NCBI GenBank assembly: GCA_012295275.1
Contig: CM022677.1
Span: 19,654,001 to 19,718,000 of the forward strand
From: Chrysomallon squamiferum
Taxonomy: Eukaryota > Animalia > Mollusca
Direction of reading: 5' to 3'
Length of the DNA: 64,000 nucleotides
The notes under the pieces were generated by a model, which was not told where the DNA came from, searched no databases, and was given only the letters and a program-made list of their open reading frames with translations. Numbering within the stretch: the first letter of the stretch is position 1; each line of letters opens with the position of its first letter. Position numbers and translations under genes: made by a program. Below, piece by piece: positions 31,674 through 48,232 of this stretch.

Positions 31674-32357
31674 CTTAATCAAAACAAAAAAATGTTGTGT
31701 CTCAAATTTTATATTAAAGACACTCACGAACACATTTTCTATTAGCGTTTTTGTCAATAATGCTTTCTTCACGATTTTATTATAAATGAGAGACAAAAAG
31801 GACCAGAAGAAAGCACCGCCCCAGAAAGGCAAGAAAGGAAAACAAAAATCAGTCAGTTTTTAAATTTACAATGAATTGTTTTACACTAATAATATACAGA
31901 GAGAAGAACTGATAAAGTATTTTTCGTGTGTCTGAAAACGTTTTCTAGGCAGGCTGTATCAAACATTATTTCAAGTTAAATATTAAAACTCTTCATTATA
32001 TTTTATCATTCGCCAGAATCAGTGGAACACATCGACCATCTTCCAAGACAAGACATAAACCGAGCAGTTCCTCTGATGTTTGAGGCAGAAGTAAAATCTT
32101 TTGATGGACTCGTTTAGTTTTTCTGTGTTAGAAGTACACATTTCAAATACACTGACCTGCGGCTTAACTCTAACCACCGTAACTAAGAGAGAGATACACG
32201 CTTCACCATTGTTGTCTCCCCTTGTTTCACTGCAGCCCAGACGTAACATTTACAAGTTTTAACAGATCATTTCCTATAACGTCAACGTATTCTATAGTAA
32301 TGTGTATATACCTAGATACCTATCTAGATATTCCTACGTACATAATCTATCTGTCAT

Positions 32358-32472
<115 letters not shown>

Positions 32473-32589
32473 GTATATCTGTATATCTATCTATCTATCT
32501 ATCTATCTGTATATCTGTCTATCTATCTATCGATCTATCTATATTCATCTATCTGATGCCAATATGTCACATGGTTGCTAATTTTCAAA

Positions 32590-33146
32590 TTAATCTTCAC
32601 AAATGTTCGCTTTTTGTTCACATATGAATCCCTACTTCTACCAACACTGGTCATCATTCCATTTGTAACCATACCCGCGATATAAATGCAAACAGTAATA
32701 TGGTTACGAAGATATTCTTCTTCTTTTGCAGAAGTGATGACAGCCAGATAAGTGTTTATGCTTTCACACTAGTTCTGAGAAAAATAACAACGACGACGAC
32801 GACGAGAACAACAACAACAACAACAATAATAATAATAATAATAATAATATTCTATCATCACCATCTATATCATCATCATCATCATCATCAACACCATCAC
32901 AAAAAGCACATACACATATATATATACGAAATCGAGAAAGAAAAGAGAGGAGGAGACTGAGAGAGAGAGAGAGAGACAGTGAGAGAGAGAGAGACAGACA
33001 GAGAGATAGAGACAGAGAGACAGATAGAGAGACAGAGATAAACAGAGAGACAGAGACAAACAGAGAGAGACTCAGAGAGAGAGAGACAGAGACACAGAGA
33101 GAGAGAGTCAGAGAGAGAGAGACACCAGTTTGACATCTTCCGGCAT
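32590..33146 (-). pseudogene. Deleted lectin pseudogene P4, part of a ~1.47 kb tandem duplication
   Basis: Same structure as P3. ORF twins 32019..32249 and 33492..33722 are offset by 1473 bp. Confidence 0.9.
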
Positions 33147-33840
33147 CTTAATCAAAACAAAAAAATGTTGTGTCTCAAATTTTATATTAAAGACACTCAC
33201 GAACACATTTTCTATTAGCGTTTTTGTCAATAATGCTTTCTTCACGATTTTATTATAAATGAGAGACAAAAAGGACCAGAAGAAAGCACCGCCCCAAAAA
33301 GGCAAGAAAGGAAAACAAAAATCAGTCAGTTTTTAAATTTACAATGAATTGTTTTACACTAATAATATACAGAGAGAAGAACTGATAAAGTATTTTTCGT
33401 GTGTCTGAAAACGTTTTCTAGGCAGGCTGTATCAAACATTATTTCAAGTTAAATATTAAAACTCTTCATTATATTTTATCATTCGCCAGAATCAGTGGAA
33501 CACACCGACCATTTTCCAAGACAAGACATAAACCGAGCAGCTCCTCTGATGTTTGAGGCAGAAGTAAAATCTTTTGATGGACTCGTTTAGTTTTTCTGTG
33601 TTAGAAGTACACATTTCAAATACACTGACCTGCGGCTTAACTCTAACCACCGTAACTAAGAGAGAGATACACGCTTCACCATTGTTGTCTCCCCTTGTTT
33701 CACTGCAGCCCAGACGTAACATTTACAAGTTTTAACAGATCATTTCCTATAACGTCAACGTATTCTATAGTAATGTGTATATACCTAGATACCTATCTAG
33801 ATATTCCTACGTACATAATCTATCTGTCATTCTATCTATC

Positions 33841-33976
<136 letters not shown>

Positions 33977-33977
33977 G

Positions 33978-34017
<40 letters not shown>

Positions 34018-34711
34018 GTATATCTGTATATCTATCTATCTATCTATCTATCTATCTGTATATCTGTCTATCTATCTATCGATCTATCTATATTCATCTA
34101 TCTGATGCCAATATGTCACATGGTTGCTAATTTTCAAATTAATCTTCACAAATGTTCGCTTTTTGTTCACATATGAATCCCAACTGCATCCACCATCGTT
34201 CATCTGGAAAAGAAAGGCTCTCGTGATTTGAAAGAAAGGCTCACGTGATTTGAAAGAAAGGCTCACGTATTTAAAAGAAAGGCTCTCGTGATGTAAAAGA
34301 AAGGCTCACGTGATTTAGAAGAAAGGCTCACATGATTTAAAAGAAAGGCTCTCGTGATTTAAAAGAAAGGCTCACGTGATTTAAAAGAAAGCCTCACGTG
34401 ATTTAAAAGAAAGGCTCACGTGATTTAAAAGAAAGGTTCACGTGATTTAAAAGAAAGGCTCTCGTGATTTAAAAGAAATGCTCACGTGATTTAAAAGAAA
34501 TGCTCTGGTGATTTAAAAGAAAGGCTCTCGTGATTTAAAAGAAAGGCTCTCGTGATTTAAAAGAAAGGCTCACGTGATTTAAAAGAAAGGCTCACGTAAT
34601 GTTTCTGGATGTGAGGTGCTTTTATAGCAAAAATAAAGTTCTCATGATATTTGTAAAGGTAATGTTTTTTTGTTTTTTTTTTAATTTTTTTTTCATTTAA
34701 TTTCATTTCAT

Positions 34712-34746
<35 letters not shown>

Positions 34747-34761
34747 TATATTTTTTTTCAT

Positions 34762-34836
<75 letters not shown>

Positions 34837-35358
34837 TTCATTTCATTTATTTATTTATTTATTTACTTATATATTTTCTTATCATTATTTTTTTTTTTTA
34901 TTTCGGGTTTGTTGAAGAGTGTATTTGTTACTGTATGTATGTATATATGTGAGTTTTTGTTTTCCGAAACTGCGTGTGACTGTGTGTTTATGTGTATATA
35001 CGTATGTGTGTTTGTTAGTGAGCAAGTGAATGTGTATTTGTTAATGTTTGCTGCAAATGTATGCTTGTTAATATGTATGCGTGTGTTTGTGCGTGCGTGA
35101 GTGTGTGAGTGAGTGACTGTGTGCATCTGAGTTCGTTTGTATATGTGAGTGTAAGTGTGTGTTTGCTTTTGTATAATTTTTAATCTGTATTTTAAAATCA
35201 AGAATGACAAATATATCTCACACCAGCTACATTTAAGAACAACAAGTTCATGTTACAAGTACGGGGGCAGCAGCGAAAAATATATGAAATAGATATTATG
35301 TTACATTTATAACACAGTAATGAAATATCATATCACATAGTATTATGTGAATAGATAT

Positions 35359-35466
<108 letters not shown>

Positions 35467-35523
35467 GTCTCTCTCTCTGTCTCTCTGTCTCACTCTCTCT
35501 CTCTGTCTGTCTCTGTCTCTCTC

Positions 35524-35683
<160 letters not shown>

Positions 35684-35726
35684 GTCTCTCTCTCTCCCTC
35701 TCTCCCTCTGTCTCTCTGTCTCTCTG

Positions 35727-35905
<179 letters not shown>

Positions 35906-35950
35906 GTCTCACTCTCTCTCTCTCTCTCTCTCTGTCTCTCTGTCTCTCTG

Positions 35951-36022
<72 letters not shown>

Positions 36023-36094
36023 CTTGTTGCTGCTCTTGCTTTTGATTTTGCTGTTGTTATTGTTATTACTATTGTTATTATGCTTATTAATAGT

Positions 36095-36126
<32 letters not shown>

Positions 36127-36186
36127 TAGAGGTATTCATTCAGAGAGGAAATAGATAAATGAATTATATAATATTTTATTTTCAAA

Positions 36187-36740
36187 TTAATCTCTACAGA
36201 TGTTCGCTTTTTGTTCACATATGAATCCTTTCTTCAACGAACATGGTGCATCATTCCATGTGTAACCGACAGCGCCCCTTATTTCCAAACAGTTCTCTTG
36301 TCCTCGTGTGTTATCGGGTTGGCCCGGATACCAATTTGTATAGCACAAATCTTTTGATTTGTTGTCTTTCCATATCCACTGGAAACGACCTTCAACTTGG
36401 ATGTCATTAGCCCCGACCCAATATGCATCCGCTGTTAAATAAATTGCCAAAATGTCGGTTTTCTTTCGTTTTTGCTATTAATTTTAATATACTAGTATGT
36501 GCGTGTGTGTGTGTGTGTGTTTGTTTGTTTGTGTGTGTTTGTGTATGTTTGTATTGAGTGTTTGTTTGTGTTTGTTGGTATTCTACAACTGTTCTTATTT
36601 ATTTTTCTACGTTTTTATTTAATTATATAAATTTAAATTCACTTACTTTTTGACTCGTTCAGAACATGGTTACGAAGATATTCATCTTCTTTGTCAGAGG
36701 TGATGGCAGCAAGATAGGAGTTCATGCTTTTACAGTAGTC
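36187..36740 (-). pseudogene. Headless lectin copy E: intact exons 3 and 4, no exons 1-2 of its own
   Basis: Exon 3 36740-36647 (DYCKSMNSYLAAITSDKEDEYLRNHVLNESK) and exon 4 36431-36187 (TDAYWVGANDIQVEGRFQWIWKDNKSKDLCYTNWYPGQPDNTRGQENCLEIRGAVGYTWNDAPCSLKKGFICEQKANICRD*). Splice sites are canonical and there are no stops. Homology to the gene ends at the intron-2 microsatellite 37124-37238. Confidence 0.85.
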
Positions 36741-36785
36741 CTGAGAAACACCAACGACGACGACGACAACAACAACAACAACAAC

Positions 36786-36840
<55 letters not shown>

Positions 36841-36899
36841 TTCTATCATTACCATCACCACTACCATCATCATCAACACCATCACGAGAAGCATATATA

Positions 36900-37084
36900 C
36901 AGGGGGGTGCAAAAGCAAGTATAAAGTTATGAAAAAAGAAAACACAGAACTCATCGCATTTATTATTCAGAAAAGCTAATCTAAAAATACATGCATTTTT
37001 ATTAATTTAAATACAGTATGGTTAATGTGCTACTGAATTCTCTGATGTGATACTACTGTATACTTACTTTTGCACATACTTTTG
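36900..37084. mobile_element. Non-autonomous Tc1/mariner-type MITE in intron 2 of copy E
   Basis: Left end TA-CAGGGGGGTGCAAAAGCAAGTATA, right end TATACTTACTTTTGCACATACTTTTG-TA. These are imperfect TIRs flanked by TA, and the element is absent from most paralogous introns. Confidence 0.65.
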
Positions 37085-37120
37085 TACATATATACATATA
37101 CGAAATCGATCGATCGATCG

Positions 37121-37398
<278 letters not shown>

Positions 37399-37745
37399 CA
37401 TAAATGTGTTCAGTTGTATTGCACTGTAAGGTTCATCCAGTGATGGTGTAGAGGTATGACGATCATTAAAACAGTTTTAACTTACAAACAGCAGCGGTCC
37501 TTACACGAACATACATACCTGTGATGTTAGGTCACTGTTACCTTTTTTTTTATTTCGTTTCTTAATGAGTAGTATAACATCTCTTTCTCACACATACAGT
37601 TTTTTTTAATTAAAACAGTTTTAAGTTACAAACAACAGCTGTGCTTACACCTACATACATACATGTAACGTTAATTAATGTTCACCTCTTTGAATTCGTT
37701 TTCAATAAAAAGGATCAGAAGCCTGTTTCTGCTAAAGTAAGAATC

Positions 37746-39320
<1,575 letters not shown>

Positions 39321-39548
39321 TTTGAAAATAAAATATTATATATATATATCTTTGATTTATCTTTTTCCTTTCTGTGAAGTAATAATAATAATAACAACAA
39401 CAACAACAACAGCAAAATCAAACGCAACAACATCAATAACAGCAACAACAACATCTGCAGCAATAATAACATCATCACCAAGGACAAATTGTAAGAAGAA
39501 AGAGAAGAAAGAGAGAGAGAGATCGCGGAATTATTTACAAATGACTTT

Positions 39549-39730
<182 letters not shown>

Positions 39731-39811
39731 TTCGTATATATGTATATGCTTCTAGTGATGGTGGTGATGATGATTATTATTATTATTATTGTTGTTGTTG
39801 TCGTCATCGTT

Positions 39812-39874
39812 GCACAATGTTGGTTCAAATGGGGATTAATATGTGAACAGAAAGCGAATATCTGTGAAGATTAA
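39812..39874 (+). pseudogene. Exon-4 3' remnant fused directly to intron-2 sequence
   Basis: (CT)n and the GAT/ATT/GTT intron-2 pattern (39551-39810) run into AQCWFKWGLICEQKANICED*, followed by the normal 3' flank. Confidence 0.8.
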
Positions 39875-39926
39875 TTTGAAAATAAAATATCATATAATCT
39901 TTCATTTATCTTTTTTCTTTCTGTGA

Positions 39927-39991
<65 letters not shown>

Positions 39992-40113
39992 CAACAACAA
40001 GAACAACAATAGTAATAACAATAACAATAGCAAAAGTAACAGCAGCAACAATAACAATAACAACAGCTGCAGCAACAATAATAGCATGACCAGGGACAAA
40101 ATGTAAGAAGAGA

Positions 40114-40237
<124 letters not shown>

Positions 40238-40529
40238 GTTACCAAATATATTTGATGAAAAACTTAATTTTTGACAATGTATCAGATATTATGAGAATAA
40301 AGAGAATTTCCCACATACTTAGACTGTACTAATACAGCGATTATTTTTTTTACTAATGTGTCTTATCTTATGAATAAAAATACTATTATATCTTCCAGAC
40401 ACACAAAAAGTACTACGTAGGGATGCTTCGACCTGTGATTTTGCTGATTTTCAATTAGTTTCTAAGAGCGATCTGTCTACGTAAGCAGTAGAGTCTGCAT
40501 TCTGGATGTGTAGCAAATAAATAAATACA

Positions 40530-40596
<67 letters not shown>

Positions 40597-40706
40597 ATAC
40601 ATACATAAATAAATAAATAAATAAATAAATAAACAAACAAATAGATAAATACATAAATAAATAAATAAATACATAAATAAATAAGTAAATAAATAAATAA
40701 ATATAT

Positions 40707-40782
<76 letters not shown>

Positions 40783-40977
40783 GTGTGTGTTTATATGTGT
40801 GTGCGTATATATATATATATATGTGTATATATATAAAAGAAACAGTGGGATTGTAATTAACTTCATATTTTGAAAGTATACACTCCCATGATGACACGTT
40901 TTATGGCTTTTCTTACATTCTTTTTTAAACAACTTTTATTTTATTTAATAAAACTATTTCTCTGTTCTGTCTGCATG

Positions 40978-41085
<108 letters not shown>

Positions 41086-41237
41086 CTTACGAAGAAAACT
41101 CTTCATTATACTTTGTCATTTTGAAGAAAACAGTTATAAAATGATATCATACTTACCATGATAACCTGAAAAACAACGAAGTAACAGCAATTTATATTCC
41201 CAGAATTTCATTTATTTTGCTCTGTTGTCACAAGCTT

Positions 41238-41268
<31 letters not shown>

Positions 41269-42702
41269 TAAAAAAAAAATACTGTCAATAAATTCTAGTA
41301 TCTCTCTTAAAAAAGAAGAAATTGTCTTCAAAAGCATGATTAATCACAGTCCTGAACTCTTCGTTATATTTTATCATTTGGCAGTGGAACCGAGTAAATT
41401 CCACGATGCTTGGGGCAAAGGAAACATTTTTGATGGCCTCGTTTAGTTTTTCTATATGACGGGTATACATTTCGAATACGCTGACTTGCGGCATAACTCT
41501 AACCACCTTATCAAAAGAAAGATGCATGTTTCACCATTATTATCTCCCCTTGTTTCACTGCAACCCAGACGTAACATTTTACAACAATTTTAACTGATCA
41601 TTTCCTATAACATCAACGTATTCTATAGTACTGTATATACCTACATACCTATCTTATCTTATGCCGATATATCTACATACTATCTATCTATATCTATCTA
41701 TCTTATGCCGATATGTCACATGGTTGCTGCAAAAGGAAGGCTCACGTGATGTAAAAGCAATGGATCACGTGATTTAAAAGAAAGGCTCATGTTATTTAAA
41801 ATAAAGGCTCACGTGATTTAAAAGAGAGGCTCACGTGATTTAAAAGGAAGGCTCACGCGATGTAAAAGAAAGACTGTGTTACGGTGTTATGAATGTAACA
41901 TATGTTTTATCTATTTCGCTGCTGCCCACGTTGTAGTAATATGAACTTGTTGTTGTTAGATGCAGCTGGTGTGAGATATATTTCTCATTCTTGATTTTAA
42001 AATACAGATTAAAAATTACACAAAAGCAAACAAACACTTACACTCACATGTACACACAAACACAGATGCACACAGTCAGTCACTCACACACTCACGCACG
42101 CACAAACACGCACATACAAATCAACAAGCATACATTTGCAGCAAACATTAACAAATACACATTGACTTGCACACTGACAAACATGCACACGTATACACAT
42201 AAACACACAGTCTCACGCCGTTTCACAAAACAAAAACACACACATACTAAAATACACACACACATACTCACACTTACACAGACATAAACAAATACACTCT
42301 CCAACAAACTCGAAATAAATAAAAAAATAACAAAAATAAATAATAACAAAATAAAATAAATTACCTTTGCAAATGTCATGAGCACTTAATTTTGCTATAA
42401 ATACACCTCACATCCAGAAACATCACGTGAGCCTTTCTTTTAAATCAGGTGAGCCTTTCTTTTAAATCACGTGAGCCTTTCTTTTACAGGAACATCACGT
42501 CAGCCTTTCTTTTTGCAGAAACATCACGTGAGCCTTTCTTTTAAATCAGGTGAGCCTTTCTTTTAAATCACGTGAGCCTTTCTTTTACAGGAACATCACG
42601 TGAGCCTTTATTTTTGCAGAAACATCACGTCAGCCTTTCTTTTAAATCACGTGAACCTTTCTTTTGCAGGAACCATGTGACATATTGGCATCAGATAGAT
42701 AG

Positions 42703-42739
<37 letters not shown>

Positions 42740-44201
42740 GATAAATAGATAGATAGATAGATAATAGATATAATATATATAAATATAGATGTAGATATAT
42801 CTAGATAGGTATGTAGATATACACAGTACTATAGGATACGTTGACGTTATAGGAAATGATCAGTTAAAACTGTTGTAAAATTTTACGTCTGGGCTGCAGG
42901 GAAACAAGGGGAGACAACAATGGTGAAACATGCATCTCTCTTAGTTACGGTTGTTAGGGTTATGCCGCAGGTCAGTGTATTTGAAATGTGTACTTCTAAC
43001 ACAGAAAAACTAAACGAGTCCATCAAAAGCTTTTTCTTCTGCCTCAAACATCAGAGGAACTGCTCGGTTTGTGTCTTGTCTTGGAAGATGGTCGATGTGT
43101 TCCACTGATTTTGACAAATTACAAAATAGAATGAAGAGTTCAGGACTGTGATTAATGATGCTTTTGAAGAAGATTTCCTGTTATTTAAGAATTTAGTAAG
43201 AATATTTGTTTTAATAAAGTTTGAAGCAACAGACCAAAATAAATGAAAATCCGTGAACATCAACTGCAATTACTTCGTTGTTTCTCAGGTTATCATCGCA
43301 GGTATGATATTATTTTATAACTTTTTCTTTATAATGATAAAGTATAATAAAGAGTTTTCCGTCCTGCGATAAACAGATAGTCTCTGTGTATATACATTTT
43401 TATGTCCGTACTTATGTATCAATGCGTGTATTTTTATGTGTATCTATGTGTCTAAATGTATATATGTTATTATTTATTTACTTACTTACTAACTTACGTA
43501 AGTAAAACTCCTAAAACAATCGAAGTATTCCGGAAGTTCGCACTTATTCGAAAGTGTTGGACACGTCAGCAAAAATATAACTGGGATTTTTTTCAATTGG
43601 GTGTGTTGTTGATGTTGTTGTTGTTGTTGTTGTTATTGTTGTTTCTTCTATTATCAATATTATTATTTCGTTTTTTTTTTTTTTTTTTTTTTTTCTTATA
43701 CGATTTTGAATTATCAGTTCTGAACTACATCAGATTTCTCATTTATTTTCCTAGTAATTTTCTGCTCTTTTCAGTTACTTTTAATTGCAGTGAAGATAAT
43801 TTCACTAGAATGTAGCAACTGATAATAAGAGAAAACGGCAAACTGAACACTGCATAGAACAAATATTTAATTTGAAATAACGTTTGATGCAGTCTGTCTA
43901 GAAAACGTTTTGAGATACGTGAAAAATATTTCATTTAACATTTTGCCTCTCTGTACGTTATTTAAAAAAAAATAAAAATCACTTTAAGTTTAAAAACTGA
44001 CTGATTTTGGTTTTCCTTTCTTGCCTTTTTGGGGCGGTTACTCTTCTGGCCCTTTTTTTCTCTCATTTTTAATAAAACCTTGAAGAAAACATAATTTACA
44101 AAAACGCTAATTGAAAATGGATCGGATATATGAAAACTACGTCATCTGGAAGACGAGGCCTAGGTATGACGTCATACTGCCTTGAAGCACTAACACTACG
44201 G

Positions 44202-44236
<35 letters not shown>

Positions 44237-44237
44237 C

Positions 44238-44270
<33 letters not shown>

Positions 44271-45010
44271 GTAGTGATTCTAATGAAAAAAAAAAGTAAT
44301 AAATAGCATCCGAGCATATTGAAGGTATATGACGACTGAAAAAAAAAATGGTAATAAAATGATAATATATTTACTATGATAACATGAAAAACGAAGTATT
44401 TCCAGTTTATGTTCTCGGAATTTCATTTATTTTTCTCTATTGTTTCAAGCTTTATTAAAATAAATACTCACAATAAATTGTCATTTTATCCTTTAAACGC
44501 ACGATAACACCATGAACTTTTCACTAAAATTTAGACGTAATTAATTATATATAAATATAATTCTAAACATTTAATCTACTGAAGCAGAAAAACAATAAGT
44601 AACAGTATCTGTTCACACCACCTAACAGGATGTAATAATAATCTGTTTACGCTCCAATATTTGTTTCCGATCCACACACATAAACACACACAGATGAATG
44701 TAACACCTCTTACTCGCTCGTACAGTTTCTATAATTAAAAACAGTTTCAATTTACAAACCACAGCTGTGCTTACACGTACATACATTCATGTGACGTTAA
44801 TTAATTGTCACCTTCTTGATTTCGTTTTGATGACTAGTATAATATCTCTTTCTCACAAATACAGATTTTATAATTAAAAACAGTTTTAAGTTACAAACAA
44901 CAGCTGTGCTTACACGTACATACATACATGTGACGTTAATTAATTTACACCTCTTTGATTTCCTTTTCAATAAAAAGGATCAGAAGGCTGTTTGTGCTAA
45001 AATAAAAATC

Positions 45011-45222
45011 ATGAACGTCTACGTTTCAATCGTCGTCTTCGTCTCAGTTTTGCAGTGTGCAGGTAAATTTAGAAAAATAAAAGTATGTATGTATATATGT
45101 ATGTATGTGAGTGTCTTTAATACAAATTTTGAGACAAATCTTTATATTTTCATTAAGATGCCGAAAGATGCCATCCTGGTTCTATTTGTTATGGAAGAAG
45201 TTGCTACTGGTTTTCCAGTAAT
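45011..45222 (+). pseudogene. Truncated lectin copy G: exon 1, shortened 95-nt intron 1, partial exon 2
   Basis: Exon 1 is 45011-45062. Exon 2 from 45158 (DAERCHPGSICYGRSCYWFS) breaks into inverted 3'-flank sequence. Confidence 0.88.
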
Positions 45223-45467
45223 GTTGCATAGGAGTGTGTGTGTGTATATGTGAGTGTAAGTGTGTGTTTGCTTTTGTATAATTTTTAATCTGTATTTCAA
45301 AATCAAGAATGACAAATATATCTCATACCAGGTGCGTCTAACAACAACAAGTTCTTACTAGAAGTACGTGGGCATCAGCGAAAAATATATGAAATATATA
45401 TTATGTTACATTTATAACACAGTAATGTCATACCATATCACATACTATTGTGTGAATATATATTTAA

Positions 45468-45600
<133 letters not shown>

Positions 45601-45830
45601 TCTCTCTTTATCTCTCTCTTTATCTCTCTCTCTTTTTACATTGTTGCGGTAGCTGTTGTTATTGTTGTTGCTGCTCTTGCTTTTGGTTATGCTGTTGTTA
45701 TTGTTATTACTATTGCTGTTATTAGTAATAGTAGCAGCAGCAGTAGTATATTAGTAGTAGTAGTAGTAGTAGTAGTAGTATTCATAGAGAGAAAATAGAA
45801 AAATGAATTATATAATATTTTATTTTCAAA

Positions 45831-46075
45831 TTAATCTCTACAGATGTTCGCTTTTTGTTCACATATGAATCCCAACTTGAGCCAACATTGGTCATCATTC
45901 CATTTGAAACCAAATGGGCCCCTTATTTCCACACAGTTCTCTTTTCCTCCTGCGTTATCGGGCGGACCCGAAGACCAGTTAGTATAGCTCAAATCTTTCG
46001 ATTTGTTGTCTTTCCGTTTCCACTAGAAACGACCTTCAACTTGGATATCATTAGCCCCGATCCAGTATATATCTG
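45831..46075 (-). pseudogene. Orphan exon 4 with a premature stop and QPD>PPD
   Basis: DIYWIGANDIQVEGRF*WKRKDNKSKDLSYTNWSSGPPDNAGGKENCVEIRGPFGFKWNDDQCWLKLGFICEQKANICRD*. Intron 3 is truncated at ~46390 and exon 3 is absent. Confidence 0.9.
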
Positions 46076-46665
46076 CTGTTAAATAAATTGCGAAATTTTC
46101 AGTTTTATTTCGTTCTTGCTATTAAGTTTTTTTTAATATGCTAATGCGTTTTTGTGTGTGTTTTTGTGAGTGTGTGTGTGTGTGTGTGTGTGTATGTCTG
46201 TGTGTGTGGGGGTTGTGGGTGGGTGGGTGAGTTCTATAAGATAAGAAGGGCCAGAAGAAAGCACTGCCCAAAAAAGGGAGGAAAGGTAAACCAGAATTAG
46301 TTAGTTTTCAAACTTAAACTGAATTTTTTTTTTTTGTTCATTTAAAAAATAATATACAGAGAGGTAAACTGATATTACTTATTTATTTTCTTAGGTGAAT
46401 GTGTATATGTTACTGTTTGATGTAAATGTATGTTTGTTTTATGTGTGCGTGTGTTTGTGTTTGCGTGTGATTGTGTGTGCGTGTGTGAATGAGAAAGACA
46501 GAGAGAGAATACACTGACCTGCGGCATAACCCTAACCACCTTAACAAAGAAAGATGCACATTTCACCATTATTATCTCCCTTTGTTTCACTGCTGCCCAG
46601 ATGTACCGTTTTACAACAGTTTTAACTGATCATTTCCTATAACATGTCAAGGTATCCTGTAGTAC

Positions 46666-46697
<32 letters not shown>

Positions 46698-46709
46698 TAT
46701 ATCTATCTG

Positions 46710-46812
<103 letters not shown>

Positions 46813-47522
46813 GATGCCAATATGTCACATGGTTACTGCAAAAGAAAGGCTCACGTGATGTAAAAAGAAAGGCTCACGTGATGTAAAAAGAAAGGCTCAC
46901 GTGATGTAAAAAGAAAGGCTCACGTGATGTTTCTATAAAAGAAAGGCTCAGGTGATATTTCTGTGAAAGAAAGGCTCACTTGATGTTAAAAGAAAGGCTC
47001 ACAATATTTTCTGTAAAAGAAAGGCTCACGTGATGTTTCTCTGAAACAAAGGCTCACGTGATGTTTCTCTGAAACAAAGGCTCACGTGATGTTTCTGTGA
47101 AAGAAAGCCTCACGTGATGTTTCTGTGAAACAAAGGCTCACGTGATGTTTCTGTAAAATATATCTATGTGTGTGTGTGTCTGTATTTGTTAGTGTGCATG
47201 TGAATGTGTATTTGTTAATGTTTGCTGTAAATGTATTCATCTGTGCGTGTGTTATTACGAGCGTGTGTGTGAGTGAGTGACTGTGTGCATATGAATGTGT
47301 GTAGATGTGAGTGGTAGTGTGTGTTAGCTTTTGTATAATTTTTAATCTGTATTTTAAAATCAAGAATGACAAATATATCTCACACCAGCTGCATCTAACA
47401 ACAACAAGTTCATATTACTACAACGTGGGCAACAGCGAAAAACAAATGAAATAAATAAAATATCATGTTACATTTATACAGTAATGTCATACCATATTAC
47501 ATAGTATTGTGTGAATAGATAT

Positions 47523-47632
<110 letters not shown>

Positions 47633-47741
47633 CTGTCTCTCTGTCTTTCTCTCTTTCTCTCTGTCTGTCTTTCTCACACTCTCATTCACTCTCCCTCTCT
47701 CTCTGTCTCTCTCTCTGTATGTCTGTCTCTCTCTGTCTTTC

Positions 47742-47798
<57 letters not shown>

Positions 47799-48180
47799 TC
47801 TATCTATCTATATATATAAACGAAACAAAAAATAAATGAAAAACAAAACAAATACACAAGAGAAAGTGAACGGAGACATTCACCCCAAAAACACAGAAAC
47901 ACAAATTAAGACGTTTTAAAACATATCAAACAACAGAAACAGATTTCAGATGCTACTTTTGCTATTACTAATGTTATTGTTACTACTGCTACTTTGGTAC
48001 CAATTCTACTTATACTACTGCAGTGACAGTCATAATAATACTATTACTAATACTAGTTCTACAACAGTATGGCTACCACTAATGTTCCTATTCAACTAAC
48101 AAAATACAGATTCTTTCAAAAATAATACACTGTATTAAGCCCTTTTGTTTTTCAGAATTTATATGTAAAAATAAATTTAC

Positions 48181-48232
48181 CTGCACACTGCAAAACTGAG
48201 ACGAAGAGGACGATTAAAACGTAAACGTTCAT
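48181..48232 (-). pseudogene. Orphan intact exon 1 with promoter (to ~48850); intron 1 ends in microsatellite with no exon 2
   Basis: MNVYVLIVLFVSVLQCA followed by a GTAAAT donor. Confidence 0.88.

Noticed and set aside
34204-34598. CRISPR-like appearance of the regular 22/28-bp repeats
   Set aside because: The units are head-to-tail with no unique spacers, there are no cas genes, and the context is eukaryotic; this is a minisatellite.
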